Notes: generated from the letters alone by a model not told the origin. Shown: positions 1-14,692, counted from the stretch's first letter. The stretch: DNA of 64,000 nucleotides from Octopus sinensis (GCF_006345805.1 NC_042997.1:95046001-95110000), one strand, 5' to 3'. Translations and numbers: made by a program.

Positions 1-98
1 CTCAAATACATAAATACACAACTATTCCCTATGAATATATTTATGTATAATCACTCACACACACTCACAAAAACGCACACTCTCACACACACGCGCGT

Positions 99-139
<41 letters not shown>

Positions 140-1713
140 CGCTCATACACATACACATAACTTTTGGGTAATCGTTCACGCTAGTCACTGAAATTCACCC
201 GCATATAGACGGTGTTATGTGTTTTAGGGCGGATTCGAATGAGACCTGGTAAATTACCTGTGGGCAAACACATGCACGACTGTTGTCAGATTTTCGTGGA
301 GTAACTGCATTGATCTGTACGGTTCGTGGATCCTGTCTACCTGGATAGAGCCTCTTACGATTTCAGTAAAACTTTACAAGGCCTTTGATTTGAAATGAAA
401 GGAGGAATTCTAAACTATGGTGCTCGGTATTTGAAAAGAAGAAATTATTCAAATTAATAGGTTTGTCACAAGAAATACCACACTTTAACGGTAAAAGTTC
501 CAATATTTACCAGTAAATGATTTACCTATTTTCTATTCAGACTAAAATTATCAGGTTCTTGTAAAATCACATCTCTCCTTATCACATTGTGAGTTCCCGC
601 TCGAAAAGGGTGATGCAAACGGGGTTTTCAGTCCAAGGTAAACACAGAGAAATGAAAAATGCCTTGAAGAGCAAATGAATTTGTACTGAATTCTCACTTG
701 TCTAACGGAAGTTTTCAACGTGTCCAATGTAGTAGATTTATATCTTATTATTGAGAAACTGTCCCTATCTCACTACACTCATTCATCTCTTCTAGCATTT
801 GGGAAGGTTCCTTCGGTAATAGATCGTATGAGAGTTTTGATATTTCTAACGTGATAAATTAGGGCTACGCACCAGCATTTTTAATTTTTTTCTCCTCCTA
901 AATATTGAAACTGCATGGTGTTAGGAACAAGTATTTCTATCAACATTTGGTAGCCCATTGAATCGCAGAGCCTCTGTCCCTATCATGTAAGCAGTAGTTG
1001 CTGTAATTATACATACATACATGTCTATCTGTCTATCTTTCTATATACGCATATAGAATGATAAACACACAATCATATATGCGTATTCACGCACATAAAC
1101 ACCCACGTATAGACACATTATTAAATAGTGGACATGTTATATTGAGATATAAACCACGACCTTATTGAAATAAGATTCTATCTGTTTACTCTGTAAAGGG
1201 ATAAAATATAGTATTAACTTTCGTTTGATGTGATAGTCAAGCAGTTATGGAATAAATGTGTCAAGGAACAGAAAGATACCAATATTTTACTACACGAGTA
1301 GATGAAAGACAAGAACAAAAATCAAAAACGTAGTACCCGCTGAGTTGATTTATGTTATATATAAGTCAGCTAATAATTAGTAATATTATTTAGAAAAATA
1401 CGGACAAAATCAAAAGAAAATCTACGAAAGAACATGAAATCAATAATAATATAATGTTGAATGACAATGTCTAATGTCTGCGATTATAACAATTCGTGAG
1501 TTTTTATCTCTGCTCAAGAAAACTGATCATAAACTAACTTGTGACTAGCAGAGATCAAATCCTTCAACAAACTGAGTAGATGTGAATATTAAATAATATT
1601 GCGGCTCCGACTGTATGATAAGAGTTGCTATCAATATATGGCCGCCATTGAAGGCCAGAATTTGTAAGTTATAAATGCGTGTATATACAGATGTATGTAT
1701 GTCTCTGGATCAT

Positions 1714-1745
<32 letters not shown>

Positions 1746-1813
1746 TATGAATATGTATATATAATATATATGTATGTATGTATATATATATATGTACATA
1801 TATAGCTATGTAT

Positions 1814-1903
<90 letters not shown>
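1714..1903. repeat. (TA)n microsatellite, one of many (others near 16.1k, 22.9k, 23.4-24.0k, 25.2k, 28.8k, 33.5k, 47.0k, 58.2k, 62.1k, 62.8k)
   Basis: Directly visible dinucleotide runs. They explain the YIYIYI 'ORFs'. Confidence 0.98.
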
Positions 1904-1906
<3 letters not shown>

Positions 1907-2399
1907 AACATACATTCATATACACATGTACATATATGTTTGGGTATTGAAAAACTGAATTTTATTCAGAAGATAAAAACTTATGCACAAGTCTATAGAT
2001 ATTTAAAAAAAATTTACAAAAACATTTGTTCAGACTATTAAAGAATACAGAACCTGAGGAGGAATTCTGGGAGACGGAATTACGTAATAGTTGAACGGTT
2101 CGTAATTATCAGATTGATTGTGTAACAACTCATATATATAGAAGCAGTAGATGGATTCATAAAGATATTACCGTAAACTGGCATCCTTCGTTAGGTGGTC
2201 GAGATTGTCGCATTTCGTCCATCTTTAAAATTTGAAGTAATTTTACATCGAGATCTACTATTCCTTTCAGAAGAAAATAGCTTTGGGTTGTGTATCAAGA
2301 GTGCTACAAACAACAAATTCTGATGCAGGTAATAGTATCTAATATCGTCATGTGTGATACTTGCGTGGAGATTGAGGAATAGCAAATAAAATAAATAAG

Positions 2400-2448
2400 G
2401 AGATCCAAAGAATGTAAAATGGAAAGAAAAATGCACGGACAAATTAAA

Positions 2449-2479
<31 letters not shown>

Positions 2480-2851
2480 GAGAGGGAGAGAGAAAAGGAG
2501 AGAAAAAGAGAAAGAGTGGAACAACCTACCAAAGAGTGACTTGAAACCAGAGAAAAACCTACACGTCTTTGCAGTCCATGAACGAGCACTTCGGCCGATT
2601 TGCTATCGATGCAAAATTTGCAAAACAGCAACAGTCGATAAGTACAGGTTGTACATTGGTAGAAACTAGATCGTATACATTTCTGGGAATTATTGCATGA
2701 ATCTGAATCGAAAAGAATACAAGAATGCAGAAATGGACACCAGAATGTTAAAAAAAGGTTCAGTAGAAGTTGTGTGGCAAATACAGACAAGAGAAGAGTA
2801 GTAGTATGGATAAACCACAGAATGTCCCTCTTTGGTAGGGAGAGAGAAAAG

Positions 2852-2895
<44 letters not shown>

Positions 2896-3262
2896 AAAGG
2901 AGAGACGAAATGACAGAGGGAAAGAGAGAGGAAGAGATTTTCCATAGATCGAGAATAACGAGGTAAAGATAATGTGGCGATATTGTAGTAGGTGTCTTGT
3001 CTTCAGGAAAATCGGATATAGAAGTTGTGAATAACGAAGAAAAAAATACCTTCTTTAATCAGAGGTATTGTTATATCCTGGAGATGTCAAATAATTGGTA
3101 AAAGAAGATAACATGCCAGATACGATGATTTAAAATTGGAATTAAATGACTGTGGGTATTGAAAAGGCAGACTGTTATAACTGTTTTTGCTGTAACCTTG
3201 TGTATTCTATGTACCAGGCCGGCAAACTGGATTGAAAAGATAGGGGTGTATGTTTGTCTACT
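2400..3262 (+). mobile_element. Old, degraded R4/Dong-type RLE non-LTR retrotransposon 3' fragment (copy A), interrupted by two (AG)n tracts
   Basis: Broken translation gives KMHGQ..., SDLKPE...FAVHERALR, KLCGKY, IENNEVKIMW, RKSDIEVV, IPGD, RYDDLKLEL and WIEKIG. This is the RT-thumb/CCHC/RLE order of R4/Dong. It ends at (TAA)n. Confidence 0.7.
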
Positions 3263-3284
3263 AGAATAATAATAATAATAATAA

Positions 3285-3327
<43 letters not shown>

Positions 3328-3344
3328 TAATAATAATAATAATA

Positions 3345-3932
3345 ACAATAAAGCCATATTGTTAGTGAGTGCTGTAAGCTCGCACAACGCGTATACAAAA
3401 GGAGACACGACAATGTAGCCAGATATGTCCACTGATAGTTGTGCGGTAAAGCAAGCTTCGGGAGAGCCGAACAATGGTATGACCACAAGCCAGAGGGAAA
3501 AATAGGAAACGAACATACAGTGCGACCAAGTCATACAGGCGAGACAGCCAGATATCGTGATCATCCATAAAGATGAAAAAGAAGCAAAGATAATAGATGT
3601 TGCAATACCAGGCGATTCGAGGGTGAAATGTGAGGAAACAGAATAGAGAAATACCAGCTACTGCGGGACAAGATAGCAAAGTTATGGGGCATGAGGAAAG
3701 TAATGGTGATACCCGTGGTAATTGGAGCATTAGGAGCAGTTTCCAAGAGCGTTGAGAAACAAATTAAGAATATTGGATCTGATGTCAGACTCGAAGTGAT
3801 CCAGAAAACAGCATTGTTGGGTAAAGCTCGCAATCTACGGAGAGTATTGTCTCTTTGAATCACAAGAGAAGGCACTTGGTGATTTGTTATTGCCTGCTTT
3901 CAAGTAAAGAACATCCGCAAATAGAACAACGA
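3345..3932 (+). mobile_element. R4/Dong RLE LINE 3' fragment (copy B)
   Basis: HIVSECCKLAQRVYKRRHDNVARYVH...ARQPDIVII...IIDVAIPGD...EKYQLL...VIPVVIGALG...IQKTALLG, stop at 3856-3858. (TAA)n on both sides. Confidence 0.92.
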
Positions 3933-3961
3933 GAATAATAATAATATTATTAATAATAATG

Positions 3962-3995
<34 letters not shown>

Positions 3996-4008
3996 CAACA
4001 ACAACAAC

Positions 4009-4040
<32 letters not shown>

Positions 4041-4041
4041 A

Positions 4042-4110
<69 letters not shown>

Positions 4111-4826
4111 GAGTATCTCAGCAGGCATGATAGAGCTGCACAATATATTCACTGGGTATTTTGTAAAAACCTGGATTTGCCCCATGAAAAAAACTGGTGG
4201 GAACACAAACCATCTCCAGTGCTTGAAAATGACCACATCTCACTCCTCTGGAACTTCACCATTCAAACTGACAGAAGATAGATGCAAATAGGCCAGACAT
4301 CATATTGAAAGACTTCAGACAAAGAACATGCCTCCTCATTGATATGACTGTCCCAATCGATATAAACGTATCTGTCAAGACCTACCAAAAACTGAGCAAC
4401 TATAAAGATCTTGAAATAGAAATCAGCAAAATGTGGAAGCTGAAGACTAAAACAATACCTGTTGTCATAGGTGCCCTGGGAATGATAGCGAAAGGGGCTG
4501 ATTGCTACCTAACTCAGATACCAGGAAACCCCCAAATGGCAGAAATTCAAAAGATAGTGCTCATGGGAACTGCTCATATCCTACGCAAAATACTTTCTAT
4601 GTAATCTCAAGGTTTAAAACAAACAATTTTATTATTAAAAATTTATTTGTTTATTTATTTTATTTATTTATTTATTTATTAGACATTCACTAGTGCGACC
4701 CCAAAAAACCCCCAAATATATGGCACACTAGGCATAACAACAACGTGAGCTTTCAACCGGTTGTCTCTTGAGGTCTCTGGGTGAGACTTGGAGCCAACTT
4801 GTACAAATATAAAGCAAAAGTCAAAC

Positions 4827-4829
<3 letters not shown>
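4111..4829 (+). mobile_element. R4/Dong RLE LINE 3' fragment (copy C, different subfamily) with 3' UTR
   Basis: YLSRHDRAAQYIHW...LLWNFTIQTD, frameshift, then ANRPDIILKD...LIDMTVP...IPVVIGALG...LMGTAHILRK (ORF 4305-4604). (TAA)n on both sides. Confidence 0.93.
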
Positions 4830-4877
<48 letters not shown>

Positions 4878-4900
4878 TGATGATGATGATGATGATGGTA

Positions 4901-4959
<59 letters not shown>

Positions 4960-4998
4960 GATGATGATGGTGATGGTGATGATGATGATGATGATGGC

Positions 4999-5047
<49 letters not shown>

Positions 5048-5081
5048 GTGATGGTGATGATGATGATGATGATGATGGTGG

Positions 5082-5124
<43 letters not shown>

Positions 5125-5150
5125 AATGATGATGATGATGATGATGATGA
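4830..5150. repeat. (TAA)n grading into (TGA)n trinucleotide microsatellite
   Basis: Directly visible. Source of the poly-I/poly-M ORF. Confidence 0.97.
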
Positions 5151-6529
5151 TATCTACAACAACAAAAAAAGCAGCAATTTTGTTGTTTTATATTGATAAT
5201 TTAGAAAATTTTGCGTCCGAAAAAGTAAAATGTGAAAACACTAAGCCGTTTCAAATTTGGATTTGCAATTCTAAACATAGCTATTATATTAAAAATGAAT
5301 CCCGTAATAATCGTCAAATTTTCAATTTCACTAATTTTCTCTGGAATGGCTATAAAATTTCTCATCTGTCGATTCACTTTCCTTATTTATCAATATTTGC
5401 TAAATATTTTATACTGTATAATTTGGATTAGTCCGTACAGAAATCAATATAGCTACATCTCAGAAAATTAGAAAAAATTGCAGAAATTATGATTGTTGTT
5501 AATTGAGAAGGCCGTCAAAATTTCAATTACATTCGAATAACTAATTCTAAATTGATCTGTTGCCAGTTTGTTTTAAATGAGTTCCTCGCAATTATATCTA
5601 ATATTGCAAAAAAAACAAACAACCAAAACAAAACAAATCAAAAAGAAAAAAAACAAATACATTTCATAGAACATCTGTTAGTGTTTGGGTGATGCATTTT
5701 CTCTTAAATGACTGATAAAATATATCGTAGTTACGAGGATATTGACCTGATTGTTTTAACACTCGTTGACCATCCTCATTTTAACAATTACTTGTCGATT
5801 CAATTGATTCTAGGTTCATAGAATAATATGATCCAGGAGGCACAATCGTATGACGATCGCTAAGCTAAGAAGGTGAGGCAATATACATTTTACATCAACT
5901 CAACCATTCAAGTGACAGAGCGATAGTGAAATGGTAATATATCTTGTCATTCTGCTACATTGACCATGAACTCGCGAAAAATACAGTGATCTCAGCCCTA
6001 CATATGCAATAGCGACACAAAGCATCTATGTGTATGGCAATATTGTGCTGGACGTCACATAAATTTGAGTTGCAGAGTTTGGCAGAGACTCCAGATGCCC
6101 TACTACTTGATGCCTGGCGTGAGGTCCCGCAGACAACGCTGGATGCTTGTATTACATGTAGGAGTTGATTCAATGCATATTCTCATGTTCACTATCAAAA
6201 CAACGAGTTCATGGTGTTTTTCTACTCTAAAAGGTTTGCACTCATAGAAGAAACCTAAATGTTTCCCACTCAAGACTGCTTTGGTCAGTATTGCCTAAGA
6301 GCTCATAAACTTAGTATCGGTTCTGCAACTCAACCGATCGCAATCTCATGAGGAATTGATATTGGATAGTGAGACAGAAATTGGCTAAATTGTATACTAG
6401 CTTCAGATGCCGCTGTAAAAGATGGTTGACCTCCACACATACGCTGGCTTCTGTGTTGTAGTCCTCTCTACCACAACGTATTTTGGCAGTATTGAAAATA
6501 TCGATTACCAGCTACTATCTGTCCACAAG

Positions 6530-7592
6530 TAATTATAAAAGCAAAATAATGAAAACAGATCATAACACCAAATACAATCAGCACTAGCTGTCCATTTCTT
6601 ATCAAACCCGAATGTATATACAGATATGACCAAGAAAGTAGTTATATCCATTGGACAATATGCCAATACTACAACATAAAAACGAACAAGAATCTCTTTC
6701 TCTTTCTCTTTTACTTGTTTCAATTATTTGACTGCGGCCATGCTGGAACACGGCATTTAGTCGAGCCAATCGACTCCAGGACTTATTCTTTGTAAGCCTA
6801 GTACTTATTCTATTGGTTTCTTTTGCCGAAGTGCGAGGTTACGGGGTCGTAAACACACTAGCATCGGTTGTCAAGCGATGTTGGAGAACAAACACAGACA
6901 CACAAAGATATACATATATATATGACGGGCTTCTTTCAGTTTCCGTCTACGAAGTCCACTCACATGGCTTTGGTCGTCCCGAGGCTATAGTATAAGACAC
7001 TTGGCCAAGGTGCCACGCAGTGGGACTGAACCCAGAACCATGTTGTTGGTAAGCAAGCTACTTACCACACAGCCACTCCTGTGCCTATTAAAAAAATGCC
7101 AAAGAAGTTACTTGACAACGACTAGGTCATAATAATCTGGAATATCACTCTTCTCACTGACAAAGAAATAAATGCTAATCGCCCAGACATAAAAATGAAG
7201 GATTTACACTATAAAAACACCTGCTTAGTGATAGACATTGCAGTCCCTTCTGAGCAGAATATCACCCAAAGAGAAGTGGAATAATTGTCAAAGTACTAAG
7301 TTCTCTAAACTGAAGTATTCAAGATATGGTACATGAAACTGAAAACAAGATCACTAATAACTGGAACATTAGGCATGATAAAAACTACCTATGAACAAAA
7401 CGTAGACGCTATACCTGGACCCGCAAAAATATATAGCCTTGCTAGGAACAGCCCACATCCAATGAAATTCACTATCAATTCAATAATACAACACAAAATG
7501 AAACAATCCATGATCACAAGGCACACTCTATACAAAAGAACGGAGAGCATGCAAGACTACAGGAACTTAAACAAAACCTGTCATAAAGTGAA
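6530..7592 (+). mobile_element. R4/Dong RLE LINE fragment (copy D), split by a SINE insertion
   Basis: Left part reads ...SCPFL...YRYDQ..YIHWTICQYY. Right part reads IIIWNITLLTDKEINANRPDI...LVIDIAVP...ITGTLGMI. Ends at (TAA)/(TGA)n. Confidence 0.8.
6693..7087 (-). mobile_element. tRNA-derived SINE, family 1 (full length)
   Basis: Minus-strand head has A box TGGCTGTGTGG and B box GGTTCAGTCCC, an internal microsatellite and an (AAGAG)n-like tail. Homologous copies at 17513, 19952 and 28975. Confidence 0.9.
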
Positions 7593-7601
7593 ATAATAAT
7601 A

Positions 7602-7650
<49 letters not shown>

Positions 7651-7691
7651 CGATGACGATGATGATAAGGATGATAATAATAATAGTAACT

Positions 7692-8216
7692 GCCCTGATG
7701 TAGTACCAGGCAGTGGCCCTCGTGGCTTCTGATCTTAACTGATTGGAAGTGTTATCATGTATATTGTTTTGTCTTGGTATAAAAGATGGGCTACATCAAA
7801 TATTCTGCTCAATACCACAGATTTGCTTCTCAGTTGTTTGGCCTTAACCAGTTAAGAATGTTCTTTGGTAGCTGACGATATGTGCATCTTTGATCACGAG
7901 CAGAAGTAGTGGGTGAGCAGTATAGCCATATTTTGAGAAGAATTCTTGGGGTTTGAATAATACACCTCTCGAAACATGGGTATTTCGTTCGACATCCTTA
8001 AACAACTCTTATTCAGGGACCTTGAAAATTCTAATTGGGCCCCACCTGCGAGGTCATGCGCTGTTTATCTAGATATGAGATCACCATGTCGTGCACATAT
8101 GGTTGTGATGGATATGGCTGGTGTACCCTTATCAGGAGGGTAGTCATGATGGGTATAGTGGGCTTCGTATATTTTACCCCAGTGTTATTTTGATGGCATG
8201 TACTGCTCTCTCACAC
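7692..8216. mobile_element. About 525-bp non-coding interspersed element embedded in (TAA)n
   Basis: Sharp-edged, higher-GC block between TAA/TGA tracts, with no ORF. Resembles an octopus repeat I recall, but this is unverified. Confidence 0.5.
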
Positions 8217-8298
<82 letters not shown>

Positions 8299-8301
<3 letters not shown>

Positions 8302-8760
8302 CTGCAAAGTTCTTATGGATTTCCCAATCCAACCAGATCAGGTGCAGAAGTAAAACAAGCCGGCCTTAGTGGAGGTGAACAAGGTGGACCACATGTTCTA
8401 TGTAAGTGATTTTGTGAGCCCATCTGACCCAGGAATTAATAAAGAAGGGAGGTGAAAAAATAGACATATGCAATTTTCTTAAGTACGAAATAGCCCGGCT
8501 ATGAAAAATAAGTAGGTGAAGACAGTGCCGATTATTACCGAGTCCTTGGGGATAGTTTCAGAAGGCATCTAGAGAAATATGAAGAAAATCAGAATAGGGC
8601 GCCCCGTAGCGCCGTTACAAGCGGTTTCTCTCCTTGGCATGGACAGAATAATCAAGAAAGTATAAGGTAGTTGAACAGACCAGACAGTATTGTATGAAGC
8701 CTGCAGGTAGGAAGCGGACTACGCATGCAAGACTCCAGGAGCTTCAAGAAGACCTGAGTT
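8299..8760 (+). mobile_element. R4/Dong RLE LINE 3' fragment (copy E, diverged)
   Basis: DFPIQPDQ...NKPALVEV...LKYEIARL...VPIITESLG...VSLLGMDRIIKKV. Begins at a (TAA)n tract. Confidence 0.75.
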
Positions 8761-11471
8761 AAAAAGAGTAGTAATCATGATTTCCTGTTATTAAAAATAT
8801 TATTATTCTTACAACACGCACAACGTATGAAATGTGGGTAATTTACATCGATTGGTACTTATCGACCTGCGAAGGATGATTGGTGGAATTTGAAATCAGA
8901 ATATAAAGGCTGTCAGTTGCAATTAGTGTATGTGTTTTTAACATCCAACAATCGGTCGTGGTTAACACTAAATCATATTTTCACTATAAATGTTCCCTGA
9001 GAAAGAAAACGTGGTATAAAATATCCGCAAGTAGGACATATACGTTATGTTAATGACATATTTCCTGTCTCACCACATAATTTCATGATTCATGCTGGTT
9101 ATTTTTTTATATTTAACCCTAAAATACTATTTCGGTTGTTTGTGGGAATTACAGATCTAATCAATTTCAGTAAATTTCTCCTACATATCCCTATTGACAA
9201 TAAATCACTCGCTAGTTGAATTAATCCATGTGAGATCGATAGCCGATAGCATAAAAAAACATAGTACTTTCAATCGATAACTGTCACTCGTACAAATTTC
9301 AATGCGTATCATTATCGATATTTGCTATATACATGATAATACATATTCAATAACATTTTTGAATGGATTTTTATACACAGAAAAAAATCTCATTGAAATT
9401 TGTGAGAGGAACAAAGGACGTTTGATCGATTACCAATGCTACCTTGTACTTATTTTATCCGTTTTGGAATGATGAAAAACAATGTCGAACACGACATCAT
9501 TCTGCAAACAATGTACATATTTGGCACTAAATAGTGGAAGGTATTTTTTCGTCGCTGAAACGGTTTTTCCCATACACTAGTCTACATCCTAACTAGTTTT
9601 CTTATAAGATATGGAGATGTTACTAATATATCTACAATAATCATTTTAAATTTGATTTGTCCATTAGAAAGTTTGAGCATTTTACTCAACATAAGTATAA
9701 TGGCTATTTTAATAATGATTTAGGCAAATAATTCTAACAAAATCGCATATGCTTGTGCAATGGTTGCATTCGGTCGCCATACCAGCATGGATATTTCATC
9801 GTTCTTGCGAAAATTTCGATGCAAAAGATCACTAAGTGAATGCATAATATTTGTCTAATTGTGGGCTTGCCACTTTAGCACTAACACACGCGCACACACA
9901 TATACACGTCCATGCATACATCTATGTATGCATGAGTATGCATATTCAAATTAACGTTCGTTAGTCAGTAATGTCATCCACATTAAAAGCAATAGTTAAT
10001 CTGTTAGTATCATAAATATGAAGATCTACATTTTGCGAGAAGAATAGTCATTTATCTCAATGGCTAATATACTAAGTTCATGCGGAAGTACACTGAAGTC
10101 TCAACTTCTCTGATCAGTTCGTATGAGACCGAAATATGTAGGGCAAGAAATTATTAAAATAGTAGTATTCGTTGCAAAAATGCCTTATTTAATGCACAGT
10201 TTTTAATTAGATTGGTAACGCTCAGATGTAATACGTTAACAATAGTGAAAATAGAAGATTTATATCGTAAATACTAACGTCAGTAATATTAATTTGTTTA
10301 ATACACAGTAAGCAAAACACAAGTAAACTTCAATCGAACGCTTAAAAGAAAGATAATATAAGTATTTTTAATTTTCACTCGATTCAGGTACGAGATATTT
10401 CATTGAGAACAAATTCGAGTTTTAATCGTCTTGAGTTGCGTTAATCGAAAGTAGGAACGTGCTAACAGTTTTACTTTACTTTGTTCTGCGATTCAATTTC
10501 GTAAGAATTTTGCATGCAATGGAATGCACTACTTCATTATAGCCTACGTTGCGACGGGTAAAATAACCAAGAGAAATAAATAGCTCAGACATATCACAGT
10601 GCCCTTTACAGAAATGCTAACCGTGAGGACTTTGATGCCGTCAGATATCAAACAAATAACATAAAGCAAAAGATTATAATAAAGTGAAATATTAATTAAC
10701 TACATTAAATATGTTCATATTTTCAAGTACACAAACAATTTTCAAATAGTGTGTTGTCCAATTATTCACTAAAATTCTATTATACAACATCGAATATAAA
10801 ACATATATCCATATAATACTGCAGTCACAAACTAAATCATATACAGCATAATCTAATCCAGAATGAGACAAACACAAAGCTGTTGCCAGGCGAGCACAAC
10901 ACCGATGCTTATATATGAATGTTTCTAGTTTGAAGCATTTTGTGTTATATAAAGCAAAACATTTCAATGCTTCTTTGTATATGATGTGTATAGGTAACCC
11001 GATATGTCTTTTATCATAGTGAAGCTAAACAGGACAGCATATAAATATTTACGTATTACGTGAAAACGACCTTATGGTAAAATCTCTCTCCCAGCGGATT
11101 TAGAAAGAATGGTATCACTTTACAAAATGTAATCCAAACACATATATGATTATTCACCGAATTCAAAGCTAAATCGCTAACATTAACAATTTTGTGTATT
11201 GCAATCAGTATATCTATATAATTTAATCCTTTCAATTAATATTTTCAATCCATTTAGTATCATCTCTCTGACAATTGCAGTTGCCTGTAGAACCGTTTAA
11301 TCACATATTCTTAATATCGCTCAACTTACTTACATATGACAAATAAGCGAACAAACAGTATGTGCATACATAAATACGTAACACATACATACATACTTGC
11401 ACACATAACATACACGCGTGTATATACTGAAAAAGAGATGGAATGATAGGTAGTGTGATAGATGCTACACG

Positions 11472-11502
<31 letters not shown>

Positions 11503-12394
11503 GTGTGTGTGTGCGTGTGTGTGTATACTCTTCTAAATATATTTGTAAATAAATAAAACTTTCTAGAAAAGATATGTTTCATATTAGACAGTTTCTTAAA
11601 ATAAAACATCTTGCATTTTCGCCTCACTTCTATATAATCATAGGGATATTTGTTCCAAATACATTCTTTATTAAAATCTTGATTAATAAATATTAGATAG
11701 CATCATCATTGACTCAGATATATCGAATTGGAAATTGGAACATTAAAGCAGGTATCAAAAATAAATTCGTAAAACATACAAATTGAATTTGAGACAATGT
11801 TATTAATAATTTCCTTATCTCACCTTATAGTTTCAAATGTGAGCAGTTCGGCTTGCTAAATGACAAAGTGGAAATTATTTTTACAAGCATACATATTCTG
11901 GCGTTCAAGTATGAATATTTTTCTATCAGGTACAACATAAAAAGGATCTGAGTCATGGCAAAAATGCTAAACTCTGGTATAATTACTATCACTACACGTA
12001 AAAATTCTACATTTATTTTCTAAATTGTAATATGGGTGGAAGTTTATTGAAATCTTTACGATTTATTCTATTGTCTTTATTGTAAATATATCGATATATA
12101 ATCATACTCACAAACTTATAAAAGAAATCATTGTTATTTATTTATTTAGCATTTAGACACAGGAACGTTGACATCAAGTTTCGCGAGGCGAACTTTCAAA
12201 TATGCCTTATTCCATTTACTAAATACTTTACTCAATTTCAAAGACAGGAGAGAGATGGAAAATGAGAGAGGAGACAGAGAGAGATAAGCATTTCGATGTC
12301 ACACATTATTTAAACTTTCTGCTCTTGCTCTTGTATATTCACTGAAAATCAGTCGTACCCAGATTTTTCTTTCTGACTCTGTATTTTTTTCGAC

Positions 12395-12690
12395 CTCCCT
12401 GTCTGACTGTCTGTTTGCGTCTCTGTCGGCCTGTCTGTCTGTCGTTCTGTCTGCCTACCTGTCTGTCAGCTTACCTGTTTGTCTGTCTGTGTGCCTACCT
12501 GCCTGCCTGCCTGTCTGTGGGCCTGTCATCTGTCTGCCTGACTATCGGCCTACTTGTATCTTTCTATCTGCTTACCTCTGCATGTCTGTCTGTCTGCCCG
12601 TTTTCTACTTACCTGCCTATCTGTTTGTCTGTCAGCCGACTTTTCTGTCTGTTTACTTGTCGGCTTGCCTGTCTGTCTGTCCGGCTGCAT
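12395..12690. repeat. Degenerate (TGTC/TGCC)n tetranucleotide repeat
   Basis: Directly visible. Confidence 0.9.
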
Positions 12691-14315
12691 GCCTCTCTAT
12701 GATTCTCACTTTCTTTCACTTACTACTTCGATCTAGCATGATCACTAAATATTTTACTCCTCCACCTTAACGTTTTAATATAAACATTAAGACCCACGCT
12801 ACAACCAGAATCTACCGTTATCATTTCTTATTTTATTTAACTTTCTATCTCTCTCACCGCATTTTTATTACTTCTTTCTCTTTTCCATCCTTATGTTACC
12901 ATCATCACCTCTGTATCTGTCACAACCAGTACTGTTTTCTTGCGTTTTACTATTTGAGATTATTCCTTGTAGCGCCAATTATAAGGTATGTAGAAACGTA
13001 CTTGTATTAATATATAAATAGGCTAGGCTCGTAAATGGAAAATAAAGGGAGTTGAATGTTTTCTTTTCTGAAGGAATCAACTGTGAGTAATTTCAACGTT
13101 AAGCAATATTAGACATTCTGATTATCAACTTCAGAAAACAACAAAAACTGCCATGCATGGACCTGTTTAATTTGTTTTCTTAAACTAATAAACCAGTGGC
13201 ATTAATATTTCATTTAATTGATGAAAACACGTATTTTGCATGCAGCGGTATATATCTATTGAATAAAGTTTCTCGTATAAATTTCTGTTCTGATATATGA
13301 AAACATATATATCATGTTTAAAAAATTATATAAAAACTTATATAATTAAGATATATTTGTTTATTTGCATATATATAGGAGAATTTATCCGACCAGCAAT
13401 ATAGAAATAGCCCTATTATACGTTCCGAATAGAAGCAATTTTATAGCAATGAAATATTTAATGGAGTGAAATTTTATCTTAGTTTCGATAACATAAATCA
13501 ATAAACGATCCGCAATTATACATAAATCAATATCACTGCGTGACAGGATATAAATTTGTTTCAATTATGACACCAAACATTCAAGACATCAGACCAGAGC
13601 AATGTCGGGTTTCATATATTCATTCTAGCTTTCACTAAGTTTTCCGATAGATTTTGCTTTGAATATAGTTTTTATACCCGAAGCAAAATGGCCAAAAATG
13701 TTTATATATTCAAAACCCAACATGCGATAGTAGTCCAAATAGCATTGTAAAATGTTTCTTTATCCATGTTATATGTTGGTGAAATATCTATACTTTTAAT
13801 TTTTACTTGTTTCTATTATTGGATTTCGGTCATGCTGAGGCATCGCCAAAAAGAGTTCAGTGAAACAAATCGAGCCCTGTATTTATTGTTTAACTTTGCT
13901 AATTATTTTATTAGTCGCTTTTACCAAATGGCTAAGCATATTGTTAAGTCCCTGTTGACGAATTGGAAAGTGCAAAGCTGTTCAGATTGAATAACTGTAC
14001 CATCGTCTGGAGGCTACTATCCTATCTTTTCAGCCTTATATTTCATGATCTAAGTGGAAATAATTCGAAGCCCCACATCTTTCCTACTTTGTATATTATT
14101 TTTCGCTCTTCGATTTTCTTATATCTGCTTCTTTCTTGCCTTTTCTCGATTTTCTCTCATCCTATCGTCCCATTTTAGTTTGTTATACCATGTGGGCAGT
14201 GCCAGATGAACGTGATAGGACACCAGATGTGTCAAAAACACTGTCTGGCATACACTCAGTACATGAAACTAATAGTAGCTCATCAAAACTTATATTATGT
14301 TTATTTAATGATAAT

Positions 14316-14598
14316 GAAATTACAAATAGAGGTAACTGGAATGTGGCGCCTAAAACGGAACAATTCCTATCATGTTAGGCGCATTAGGTAGGATAAAAAA
14401 TAATCAGACAACTACACAACAAAAACACCAGGACTTACAAGTATATATAACATACAAAAAATAGCGCTACTAGGTACCGCACACGTGCTACGTAAAACAC
14501 ATTCAATACAGTGTACCACAACAAATCACAGCACATACCCAAGGCACAGAGAGTTGCGCTCGATAATGCAGTGAAAGCACGTGATATAAATAAGACTG

Positions 14599-14602
<4 letters not shown>
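14316..14602 (+). mobile_element. R4/Dong RLE LINE extreme 3' end (copy F) followed by (TAA)n
   Basis: LQIEVTGMWRLK..IPIMLGALG...IQKIALLGTAHVLRK, then a short UTR and (TAA)n at 14603-14704. Confidence 0.85.
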
Positions 14603-14692
<90 letters not shown>

